From assembly GCA_003283765.1 (NCBI GenBank), contig QBVY01000005.1, positions 6,826 to 70,825 of the forward strand: a DNA stretch of 64,000 nucleotides, in the 5' to 3' direction. Shown in pieces: positions 8,592-17,325 of the stretch. The DNA comes from SAR86 cluster bacterium AG-313-N18 (GTDB lineage Bacteria; Pseudomonadota; Gammaproteobacteria; Magnimaribacterales; D2472). Numbering within the stretch: the stretch's first letter is position 1; each line of letters begins with the position of its first letter. Under the pieces are notes generated by a model. It was not told where the DNA came from. It did no database searches and saw only the letters and a program-made list of their open reading frames with translations. A program made the position numbers and the translations under genes.

Positions 8592-9217
8592 CAATTATTG
8601 ATTATTCAATAGGAAATGTTCAAAGTATTATTAATGCTTTATCACATAATGGAGGAGATATTGAAATTATTTTAACTTCAGAAAGAAATGAGATCTTAGA
8701 GTCTGATGCAGTTATTCTTCCTGGTGTTGGTGCATTTCAAAGAGCAATGAAGGAGCTTGAAAAAAGAAATTTACCAGAAATATTGTCCGAATATATCAGG
8801 CTCGGTAAGCCGCTCCTTGGAATATGTTTGGGTATGCAATTGCTCTTAGAAAGCAGTGACGAATTTGGGTTCGCACCAGGCTTGGGTTTTTTTAGTGGCG
8901 AAGTAAAAAAATTTCCAGATTCGGTTAAAGACAAGCTTCCAAATGTAGCTTGGAACAATTTAATCGAAAATTCTTCAAAATGGGAAAATACAATTTTAAA
9001 TGAAATAACTCCAGAGGATGATTTTTATTTTGTTCATAGCTATATATGCATTCCAACTGATCCAGATACTATCCTTGCTAGTTCAGAATATGGTGATATT
9101 GAGTTTTGCTCAGTTATGAAAAATAAAAACATATATGGCTGCCAATTCCATCCAGAAAAAAGTTCAATCAAGGGACTGCAAATCCTAGACAACTTCATAA
9201 GTATTGCTAAAAAATGA
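8582..9217 (+). CDS. HisH-like glutamine amidotransferase subunit paralogue (WbuY-type)
   Basis: Class I GATase: 'LLGICLGMQLL' (nucleophile Cys) and 'GCQFHPEKS' (His/Glu). Overlaps the HisF-like gene by 10 nt. Confidence 0.85.
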   Translation: MQIAIIDYSIGNVQSIINALSHNGGDIEIILTSERNEILESDAVILPGVGAFQRAMKELEKRNLPEILSEYIRLGKPLLGICLGMQLLLESSDEFGFAPGLGFFSGEVKKFPDSVKDKLPNVAWNNLIENSSKWENTILNEITPEDDFYFVHSYICIPTDPDTILASSEYGDIEFCSVMKNKNIYGCQFHPEKSSIKGLQILDNFISIAKK

Positions 9218-10440
9218 AAAAAAGTAATTATGCAATGTGGGGCTTGCCAGAAAATGTAACTTTTTGTAATAAATGTGTAATTTCTAATCAAAGACCAAAT
9301 TCCACAGTTGAAATGAAAAATAAGAATATGAAAAAGGATACAATTTCTTTCAACAAAGAAGGTATTTGTTCTGCATGTGAATATGCTGAAACTAAAATTG
9401 AAACAAATTGGAAAGAAAGAGAAGAATTGTTATTTGAGTTACTTGAACCATTTAGGAGCAAGGATGGCGGATATGATGTTTTGGTTCCAAGTAGCGGAGG
9501 CAAAGATAGTGCTTTTCAAGCTCATATCCTTAAATATAAATATAAGATGAACCCTCTTGCTATTACATGGGCCCCAAATATGTTCACGAGAGCTGGATGG
9601 ATGAATTTCAACAATTTATCCCGCATAGGCGGTATTGATAGTTTCTTGTACACACCTAATGGAAAATTACATAGCTATTTAACTAAGCTAGCTTTTAAAA
9701 ATCTTGGACATCCTTTTCAACCATTTATTCATGGCCAAAAGATTGTTGGACCAAAGTTAGCTGAAAAATTTGGCATTAGTTTAATAATGTATGGTGAGAA
9801 TCAGGCTGAATATGGAAATCCTCTAGAGAACAATGCAGATCCATTTATGGAACCAGAATTTTTTAGCATTGATGATCCAAGGGACATGGTTCTTGGGGGT
9901 GAAAGCGTCTCAAGTATTATAGAAAAAACAGACTTTATTTTTAGAGACTTTGAGCCATATATCCCTCCTACGCCTAGCACTCTTTTAGAAAAAGGCATTA
10001 AAGTAACTTATTTGGGGTATTTTGAAAAATGGGATCCTCAGGAATGTTACTACTATGCTGTAGACAATACTGGCTTCATGCCCTCCTATGAAAGATCTAT
10101 AGGCACTTACTCAAGGTATACGGAAATAGATGATAAGATCGTGCCATTTCATTTTTATATGACATACATTAAGTTTGGCATTGGTAGAGCCACATATGAT
10201 GCAGCACAAGAAGTAAGAAATGGAAAAATTACAAGGGATGAGGCTGCTTACTTGGTCAAGAAGTTTGATGGTGAATTTCCAGAGCGATACATCAAAGAAT
10301 TCTGTAAATACATAGATATTTCAATTAAAGAGTTTCATGAAATTGTCAACTCATTTAGAAGTCCACATCTATGGGTTGAAAATTCTGGAAAATGGAGATT
10401 GCGTCATACAGTTGCACTTGATGGTTTTGATGACGAATAG
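9214..10440 (+). CDS. N-acetyl sugar amidotransferase (PP-loop ATP pyrophosphatase; WbuX/WbpG/PseA family)
   Basis: N-terminal Cys pairs 'FCNKCVISNQRP' and 'GICSACEY'. PP-loop 'VLVPSSGGKDSAF'. Overlaps the HisH-like stop by 4 nt. Confidence 0.8.
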   Translation: MKKSNYAMWGLPENVTFCNKCVISNQRPNSTVEMKNKNMKKDTISFNKEGICSACEYAETKIETNWKEREELLFELLEPFRSKDGGYDVLVPSSGGKDSAFQAHILKYKYKMNPLAITWAPNMFTRAGWMNFNNLSRIGGIDSFLYTPNGKLHSYLTKLAFKNLGHPFQPFIHGQKIVGPKLAEKFGISLIMYGENQAEYGNPLENNADPFMEPEFFSIDDPRDMVLGGESVSSIIEKTDFIFRDFEPYIPPTPSTLLEKGIKVTYLGYFEKWDPQECYYYAVDNTGFMPSYERSIGTYSRYTEIDDKIVPFHFYMTYIKFGIGRATYDAAQEVRNGKITRDEAAYLVKKFDGEFPERYIKEFCKYIDISIKEFHEIVNSFRSPHLWVENSGKWRLRHTVALDGFDDE

Positions 10441-10453
10441 TCCATAATTATAT

Positions 10454-11737
10454 ATGAAGATAACCTACATATATTCTGCCTGTTTAGAAATAGAGACTTC
10501 TAATTTAAGAATCTTAACCGATCCATGGTTTACTGAAGGTGTATTTGGTGGTTCGTGGTTTCAATATCCAAAAATTGACCCTTTTGATTTTATTAAAGAG
10601 CCCGATTACATATACATTTCTCATATTCATCCTGATCACTATGATCCAATATTTATACAGCAAATATTTGAAAGATATGGACGAAAGCCAATACTTATTC
10701 CTGATTTTAAAAAAAACTATCTATATTTAAAAGCCAAATCCGATGGTATTGAAATGCAGCCAATAAAAGAATTTACATCAGGAGATACTAAGTTTTTTAT
10801 CGAGGAAAATGATATGGGCAGTGTATCAGATATTGATTCAGCGCTAATTGTTCATGATCTAGTTTCAAAGCAAACAATATTAAATTTAAATGACTGTATA
10901 TTTAATTCCTCTCATGTAAAGACATTAAAATCTATAGTTGATTCCCTTGAGGGTGGCTTGGACTTAATGGCTTTAGGATATGCTGGCGCAAGCTCTTATC
11001 CACAAACCTATTTTGATCTTGAACAAGAAGAAGAATTTTTGATCAAAGAAGCTGATCAAAAGAAACAAAAAGGATTTGATAGGTATGAGTCCTTTAAGAA
11101 ATTTTTTGATGCCAAGTATCGCCTTCCGTTTGCTGGAGAGTATCTTTTAGGATCTCATCTTTCGTATCTCAATCAATACAGAGGTGTTCCGGATACTTAT
11201 GAGGTCAAAAATATTGATCATGATGCAATTGTCCTTCATCCAGGAGGCTCAATTAACCTGGAATCAGGCTTAAAGTTAAATGAAAGAAATGCTTTATATC
11301 CTCAGGATGAGATTGATTTACGAATTAAAGAAATTTCAAACATGAACTTAGATTATCAGCAAGATTTTTGCTTAGATTGTAAAAATATAGATTTTTTTCG
11401 CATAATAAATAAAGCATCTCATAATGCTTTATCAAAATCTGAAATAACAGGCCAATATACCTTTATCTTCACCATTTTAGATAAAGATACTCAATATAAA
11501 AGATTTCTATTGAATTGTATGGATGGAGAATTATCTGAAATCCCTGAAAATTATAAGTGCAAAGAATCTTCCTACTCAGAAATACTAATAGACTATAGAT
11601 TATTCTTCGGTCTTTTAACCGGCCTTTATCATTGGAACAATGCTGATGTTGGATCATTATTTATGACTAGAAGGGTTCCCTATGGTAACTTTAATCGATC
11701 GGCTCAAAGTTTTTTGAATTTCTTTTCTGTTATTTGA
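10454..11737 (+). CDS. MBL-fold metalloprotein with a long C-terminal extension; resembles the non-Rieske part of CMP-Neu5Ac hydroxylase (tentative)
   Basis: 'MKITYIYSACLEIET..LRILTDPWF', HxHxDH motif 'YIYISHIHPDHYD', then 'ILNLNDC', 'GYAGASSYPQTYF' and 'YRLPFAGEYLLGSH'. The CMAH likeness is recalled from memory, not searched. Confidence 0.6.
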   Translation: MKITYIYSACLEIETSNLRILTDPWFTEGVFGGSWFQYPKIDPFDFIKEPDYIYISHIHPDHYDPIFIQQIFERYGRKPILIPDFKKNYLYLKAKSDGIEMQPIKEFTSGDTKFFIEENDMGSVSDIDSALIVHDLVSKQTILNLNDCIFNSSHVKTLKSIVDSLEGGLDLMALGYAGASSYPQTYFDLEQEEEFLIKEADQKKQKGFDRYESFKKFFDAKYRLPFAGEYLLGSHLSYLNQYRGVPDTYEVKNIDHDAIVLHPGGSINLESGLKLNERNALYPQDEIDLRIKEISNMNLDYQQDFCLDCKNIDFFRIINKASHNALSKSEITGQYTFIFTILDKDTQYKRFLLNCMDGELSEIPENYKCKESSYSEILIDYRLFFGLLTGLYHWNNADVGSLFMTRRVPYGNFNRSAQSFLNFFSVI

Positions 11738-11850
11738 TAAATGATTCTTTTAAAGAAAATATCTCAATGTTTTTTGATGCTGTTCATCTTAATAATAATG
11801 GGGCAAAATTAGCTTCTAAATTAATATTGCAGGAACTAGAAAGCAAATAA
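11695..11850 (+). pseudogene. Relic of the C-terminal block V of an SGNH/GDSL-type hydrolase inside the 191-nt spacer
   Basis: The frame open from 11695 to the TAA at 11848-11850 reads '...DSFKENISMFFDAVHLNNNGAKLASKLILQELESK*'. 'D-A-V-H-L-N..G' fits the SGNH DxxH block. The upstream blocks are absent, because that frame hits a stop inside the MBL gene tail. Confidence 0.3.
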
Positions 11851-11928
11851 TGTTGAAATATATTCAGTCATTAAATGTTATTACTGGTGGAAACCCTGCC
11901 ATGACTGTGGCAAAGTTAAATTAAAATT

Positions 11929-12984
11929 ATGAGTAATAATAATACACACAACTATATAGATTTTTTTCAGCATAATAGAACTGAAGAGCAGACAGAAACT
12001 CTTTATTCTCAAAGGATAAAAGATGCTAAAGAAGTTCACAATAAATTTTCATCTTCATTTCAAGAGCGACCTTGTCCAATATGCGGGGGGGAAAAATTTG
12101 ATCAACAAGAAGATTTTATTAATTTATATAGTGTAGTGAAATGCAGGACATGTAATTCAGAATACGTTAATCCTGTCCCAGGAGCTGAAGCTTTAGACTA
12201 TTATTACAATCATTGTATTTCAAATGATCAATTTGAAGAGCTCTCACAATCGAGAAAAGGATCCTCGAGTATTATTCTATCTGAGAGGCTCTTAGAAGTT
12301 TTGAACCTTATTGACTCATTACTATTGAACAAGAATACGATAAATATAGTAGAAATTGGGTGTTCATCAGGATCTTTTTTAAATGATTTACATATATATT
12401 TAAAAGATAATGATCTTGATAAAAGAGTTCATCTCAGTGGAGTGGATATAGATGAGTCTGCTATTTCAAATCCTGTGACCGATGGTGTAGACCTTTATGC
12501 CTCTTCTGCTCAAGATTTTGCTAAAAATTTTCCAAATAATTTTGATTTAATTTTAAACTTTGAATTAATCGAGCATTTGCACGACCCATTTGAGTTTATG
12601 ATTTCTATGAAAAATATTCTCGCAAAAGATGGGATCTTTCATTTTAGTACACCCAATGGAAAAGGTTTTGACAATATTGGTTTAGGATATAATGATTTTA
12701 GACCACTAGCTCATGGTATCTTTCCTCCTATGCATCTCCAAGCATTCACTACGGAAAATATTGTTCATTTTGCAATACGCTGTGGTTTTGATGTTGTAAA
12801 AATCGATACACCAGGAAATTTTGATGTGGATATTGTTAAGAGATTTATCTCAAGAAGTAAAAACAGCCAATCTAATTTTAACCACATTTCTTTATTCGAT
12901 GACGATCAATTAGCAATCATTCAATCATGGCTAAAAGATTTAAATTCTAGCAGCCACCTAGTTATTACTCTCACTCAGTCTTAA
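11929..12984 (+). CDS. Class I SAM-dependent methyltransferase with N-terminal Cys4 zinc-ribbon
   Basis: 'CPICGG...CRTCNSEYVNP' followed by motif I 'IVEIGCSSGSFL' and 'LILNFELIEHLHDP'. Confidence 0.75.
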   Translation: MSNNNTHNYIDFFQHNRTEEQTETLYSQRIKDAKEVHNKFSSSFQERPCPICGGEKFDQQEDFINLYSVVKCRTCNSEYVNPVPGAEALDYYYNHCISNDQFEELSQSRKGSSSIILSERLLEVLNLIDSLLLNKNTINIVEIGCSSGSFLNDLHIYLKDNDLDKRVHLSGVDIDESAISNPVTDGVDLYASSAQDFAKNFPNNFDLILNFELIEHLHDPFEFMISMKNILAKDGIFHFSTPNGKGFDNIGLGYNDFRPLAHGIFPPMHLQAFTTENIVHFAIRCGFDVVKIDTPGNFDVDIVKRFISRSKNSQSNFNHISLFDDDQLAIIQSWLKDLNSSSHLVITLTQS

Positions 12985-13052
12985 CTTTAAAGATACATTT
13001 TTTATCTCTTAAGGTTAAAATAATTAATACTTTAATTTAATTACAAACTTTT

Positions 13053-14630
13053 ATGGTAAAACCAAAAATTTTAGCAATCCTTCCTGCTAGAGGAGGTAGC
13101 AAAAGGATACCAAAAAAAAATATTAAAGAGTTTTGTGGAAAGCCTATGATTGCTTGGCCGATTGAAACTCTAAAGTCATGTGGATTAATTGATGACATTA
13201 TTGTGTCCACTGACAGTTTAGAAATTCAGGAGCTGGTTGAATCATTGGATGTAAAGGCTCCGTTTTTAAGGCCTGATGAATTGTCTGATGATAATATTGG
13301 CACAGGCCCTGTCATCAAACATGCTGTTGAGTGGTATATTAATAATATTGGCTGTCCTGATCTCATTCTTACCGTATATCCATCAGCGGTCTTTATTACC
13401 CCAAAAGATATAGAGGAGGCATTAGAACTTCTGCTTGAGAGCAAATCAGAAAGTCTAATAGCGTGTGGGGCATATGAATATCCTATTCAAAGGGCACTAT
13501 TCTTAAACAATGATAAAAGAATTGAGATGTTTTCTCCTGAACATATTAATACAAGAACGCAGGATTGTGAGGATGCTTATCATGATGCCGGTCAACTTTA
13601 CTTATCAACATTGGATGCAGTTCTTGCAGGTTTAGGAGAGTTCTCTAATGAGTCAACAATGTTTATCCTGCCTCGCCATAAAGTAATTGATATTGACACC
13701 CCAGAAGATTACGAATTTGCAGAAAGACTATTTCTGCTAGAGAGACAAAAAAAAAGGGCTCATCGAATTGCTATTGGAACTGTTCAATTTGGGCTGGATT
13801 ATGGAATAGCTAATAAGACTGGACAAGTAAATATCGAGGAAGCTAATGAGATTCTAAAATTTGGAGACAAAGAAGGTATTGACACTTTAGATACATCAAT
13901 ATCTTATGGTGTGAGCGAAAAATCTCTCGGTAGTGTTGGAGTAGGTAAGTTTAAAGTAGTTACAAAATTACCACCAATACCTCCATCTACTAAAAATGTT
14001 GATGAATGGGCATATGATCAAATGCAATCATCTCTTATTAGAATGAATTTAAAGACCGCTTATGGATTACTTGTTCATGATACCTCACAATTATTTGGAG
14101 AGAATGGAGCAAAACTTGCTGAAGCTATGATTTCTCTTAAAAGACAAGGGTTAGTTCATAAAATTGGAGTTTCTGCATACGGACCTGAAGAAGTAGCTTC
14201 AGTATTTCAAAAATTCCAGGTAGATATAATACAAGTTCCATTTAATATTTTTGATAGGAGAATGTTAACAACTGGTTGGTTAAAAAGACTGAATGATGCT
14301 GGCATAGAAATTCATGCAAGATCAATTTTTTTACAAGGTTTACTTTTGTTGCCTTTAAGTAAAGTTCCAGCCAATTTTCATAAATGGAATGACCTCATTT
14401 CTTTTTGGCATAAATGGTTGAATGAAAATAATGCTACAGCTTTAGAAACATGTCTGCATTATCCACTATCATTGCCCCAGATAGATCGAGTAATTGTAGG
14501 TGTTGATAATAATATTCAGATGAAGCAAATTATAGAAGCTTTTAATCCCAGAAACAGACCATTTATTTTTCCAGACATTTCCTGTGATGATGAGCTATTA
14601 TTAAACCCTTCAAATTGGCCAATCAGTTGA
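13053..14630 (+). CDS. Fusion: PseF/NeuA-type CMP-nonulosonate cytidylyltransferase (N-terminal) + aldo/keto reductase (C-terminal)
   Basis: The N-terminus 'ILAILPARGGSKRIPKKNIKEFCGKPMIAWPIE...VSTDS...APFLRPDELSDD' is the acylneuraminate/pseudaminate cytidylyltransferase signature. From about residue 235, 'RIAIGTVQFGLDYG...GIDTLDTSISYG' runs through a (beta/alpha)8 AKR-like domain. Confidence 0.8.
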   Translation: MVKPKILAILPARGGSKRIPKKNIKEFCGKPMIAWPIETLKSCGLIDDIIVSTDSLEIQELVESLDVKAPFLRPDELSDDNIGTGPVIKHAVEWYINNIGCPDLILTVYPSAVFITPKDIEEALELLLESKSESLIACGAYEYPIQRALFLNNDKRIEMFSPEHINTRTQDCEDAYHDAGQLYLSTLDAVLAGLGEFSNESTMFILPRHKVIDIDTPEDYEFAERLFLLERQKKRAHRIAIGTVQFGLDYGIANKTGQVNIEEANEILKFGDKEGIDTLDTSISYGVSEKSLGSVGVGKFKVVTKLPPIPPSTKNVDEWAYDQMQSSLIRMNLKTAYGLLVHDTSQLFGENGAKLAEAMISLKRQGLVHKIGVSAYGPEEVASVFQKFQVDIIQVPFNIFDRRMLTTGWLKRLNDAGIEIHARSIFLQGLLLLPLSKVPANFHKWNDLISFWHKWLNENNATALETCLHYPLSLPQIDRVIVGVDNNIQMKQIIEAFNPRNRPFIFPDISCDDELLLNPSNWPIS

Positions 14631-16651
14631 AAATAGCTGCAATTGTTCAAGCTCGTATGGGGTCAACTAGATTGCCTGGAAAGGTTATGAAGAAAATTCA
14701 TAACTATACAATTATTGAAATCATCATTAATAGATTGGCCCAATCTTCATTGTTGAATGAAATTATTGTTGCAACTTCAGATGATTCAAGAAATGATTTG
14801 CTTGAAAATCATATTAAAGACCTAGGGTACCTATGTGAAAGAGGGAGTGAAAATGACGTCTTAAGTCGCTTTTACGATATTGCAAATAAACATAGTATCG
14901 ATGTAATTGTTAGAATTACAGGAGATTGTCCCTTTATAGATTCTTCTATAGTTGATAGAGTCATTTCAAACTTTTTGGATGGCAACAATGAATATGTTTC
15001 AAATGTAAATCCGCCATCATATCCGGATGGATTAGATGTTGAAGTATTTAGTTTTGACTCTTTGGAAAAAGCAAATAAGCAATCTACAGACTTTTTTGAA
15101 AGAGAGCATGTGACCCCATTTATTAAGAAAAATAATCCTAAAAAATATAATATCTTATATAAAGATGACTTATCTAATATGAGATGGACAATAGATGAAA
15201 GAGAGGATTTTGAGGTTATAAAAAATGTTTTTGATCATTTTAATCCAAATATTTTATTTCACTGGAGTAAAATACTAAAATTAAGTATAGATAAACCGGA
15301 AATTTTTTCTCCAAATCAAAATTTACTAAGAAACGAGACAGAGCATATGGGTAAGGGTCAAAAATTATATCAACATTCCAAAAAAATTATTCCTGGCGGC
15401 AATATGCTGCTTTCAAAAAGACCAGAAATGTTTTTACCAGATCAATGGCCAGCATATTTCTCAAAATCTAAGGGTTGCGAGGTTTGGGACCTTGATCAAA
15501 ATAAGTATATTGATATGTCTTTCATGGGCATTGGGACAAATATACTAGGATATGGTCACCCCGAAGTTGATGAAGCAGTTTTGCAAACTGTTCATGCAGG
15601 AAACATGTCAACACTAAATTGTCCCGAAGAAGTTCATTTGATAGATAAATTAATAGATATGCACCCATGGGCAGATATGGGTAGGCTCGCAAGAACAGGC
15701 GGAGAAGCAAATGCAGTAGCAATAAGAATTGCTAGGGCTGCTTCAAGAAGAGATAAGGTTGCAGTATGTGGTTATCATGGTTGGCACGATTGGTACTTAT
15801 CTGCAAATTTAGGCAGTAATAAAAGTTTGGATGGTCACCTTTTACCAGGGTTAGATCCAAACGGAGTTCCTCGCGACCTAAAAGGAACAGTATTCCCTTT
15901 CAAGTATAACGACTTTACAGGCCTGGAAAAACTGATATTGAAGGAAAATATTGGTGTAATTAAGATGGAGGTTGTGAGGAATGCAGGCCCAGAGGATAAT
16001 TTTCTCCAGAAAATAAGAGAAATATGCTCTGAAAAAAATATCGTATTAGTTTTTGATGAGTGCACCTCAGGCTTCAGAGAAACTTTTGGCGGGCTCCATA
16101 AAAAATATGATGTTCAACCAGATATTGCTATTTTTGGCAAAGCGTTAGGTAATGGGTATGCAATTACTGCAATCATTGGAAGAGCTGAAGTTATGGAATC
16201 TGCTCAAACGAGCTTTATTAGCAGTACATTTTGGACTGAGAGGATTGGGCCAACTGCAGCTATAAAAACGCTTGATATTATGGAAAAAACAAAATCTTGG
16301 GATTTGATAACCAAAACTGGCTCCAAAATAAGAGATAGATGGGCATTACTTGGTAAGAAGTATAGTCTTGATATGGAGCTTTTTGGACTTGACTCTCTTT
16401 CTGGCTTTTCATTCAATAGTCAAAATGCACTTTCATATAAAACATTAATTACCCAAGAAATGTTAAAAAAGGGTTATTTAGCAGGAACAAGTATTTATTC
16501 TTGTACTGCTCATACAGACGAAATTATCAACTCCTATTTTGCAGAATTAGAACCAATATTTTTAACCATAGCTGAATGTGAGGATGGAAAAAATATATCA
16601 AAACTACTTGATGGTCCTGAGTGCCACTCTGGGTTTAAGAGGTTAAACTAG
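14615..16651 (+). CDS. Fusion: SpsF-like cytidylyltransferase (N-terminal) + class-III PLP aminotransferase (HemL-like, C-terminal)
   Basis: N-terminus 'AAIVQARMGSTRLPGKV...VATSD...RITGDCPFID'. The C-terminal part carries 'PGGNMLLSKRP', 'VFDECTSGFR' and 'IFGKALGNGY' (PLP Lys). Overlaps the preceding fusion gene by 16 nt. Confidence 0.8.
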   Translation: MANQLKIAAIVQARMGSTRLPGKVMKKIHNYTIIEIIINRLAQSSLLNEIIVATSDDSRNDLLENHIKDLGYLCERGSENDVLSRFYDIANKHSIDVIVRITGDCPFIDSSIVDRVISNFLDGNNEYVSNVNPPSYPDGLDVEVFSFDSLEKANKQSTDFFEREHVTPFIKKNNPKKYNILYKDDLSNMRWTIDEREDFEVIKNVFDHFNPNILFHWSKILKLSIDKPEIFSPNQNLLRNETEHMGKGQKLYQHSKKIIPGGNMLLSKRPEMFLPDQWPAYFSKSKGCEVWDLDQNKYIDMSFMGIGTNILGYGHPEVDEAVLQTVHAGNMSTLNCPEEVHLIDKLIDMHPWADMGRLARTGGEANAVAIRIARAASRRDKVAVCGYHGWHDWYLSANLGSNKSLDGHLLPGLDPNGVPRDLKGTVFPFKYNDFTGLEKLILKENIGVIKMEVVRNAGPEDNFLQKIREICSEKNIVLVFDECTSGFRETFGGLHKKYDVQPDIAIFGKALGNGYAITAIIGRAEVMESAQTSFISSTFWTERIGPTAAIKTLDIMEKTKSWDLITKTGSKIRDRWALLGKKYSLDMELFGLDSLSGFSFNSQNALSYKTLITQEMLKKGYLAGTSIYSCTAHTDEIINSYFAELEPIFLTIAECEDGKNISKLLDGPECHSGFKRLN

Positions 16652-17305
16652 ATGAATGTTTCCGAAGCTGTTGCATTGAGAGCATCCATCCGAGCTTTTT
16701 CAAGTAATCCTGTTAAGAATAAGCTCATTGAAGAAATTCTAGAGAAATCCTCTAGAAGTCCATCTGGAGGCAATCTTCAGCCTTGGAAAATATTTGTTGT
16801 GAATAATTCTGCAATGAGCGAATTTCTTGAATTTCAAAAAACCTGGACTGAGGCTGAAATTCCAGCATATGATATTTATCCCCCAAAACTTAAAGAACCC
16901 TACAGGACTTCTAGATTTGAGTTAGGCGAGCAAATGTATAACATTTTGGGCATTGGGAGAGAAGATAAAGATGCAAGAATTGCACAAGTTATGGAAAATT
17001 TTAGGTTCTTTGGAGCACCATGTGCATTATTCTGTTTCGTTGATCGTCAAATGGGCCCACCTCAATGGTCCGATTTAGGAATGTTCTTGCAAACCTTTAT
17101 GTTGTTAGCAAAAGAAGCGGGTTTAGATACTTGCGCTCAAGAGGCCTGGTCAATAAAACATGATAGTGTTTCTAAATTTGTTCAAGCTGAAGATGATGAT
17201 ATTTTATTTTGTGGCATGGCGATAGGCTACAGGGATGACAATGCTGCAGTTAATTCTTTGAAGTCACAGAGAAGACCGCTAAAAGAATGGGCCAAGTTTC
17301 TATAA
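16652..17305 (+). CDS. Nitroreductase family protein
   Basis: 'RASIRAFSS.PV' N-terminus, 'SPSGGNLQPW' and 'FGAP' motifs. The ATG directly follows the TAG of the previous gene. Confidence 0.75.
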   Translation: MNVSEAVALRASIRAFSSNPVKNKLIEEILEKSSRSPSGGNLQPWKIFVVNNSAMSEFLEFQKTWTEAEIPAYDIYPPKLKEPYRTSRFELGEQMYNILGIGREDKDARIAQVMENFRFFGAPCALFCFVDRQMGPPQWSDLGMFLQTFMLLAKEAGLDTCAQEAWSIKHDSVSKFVQAEDDDILFCGMAIGYRDDNAAVNSLKSQRRPLKEWAKFL

Positions 17306-17325
17306 AATGTCCTTAAATATTTAAT

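Noticed and set aside
7830-9217. Interpreting the HisF/HisH homologues as the histidine biosynthesis genes.
   Set aside because: There are no hisA/hisB/hisI neighbours. The genes overlap a PP-loop N-acetyl-sugar amidotransferase inside a glycan locus, which is the WbuX/Y/Z-type arrangement.
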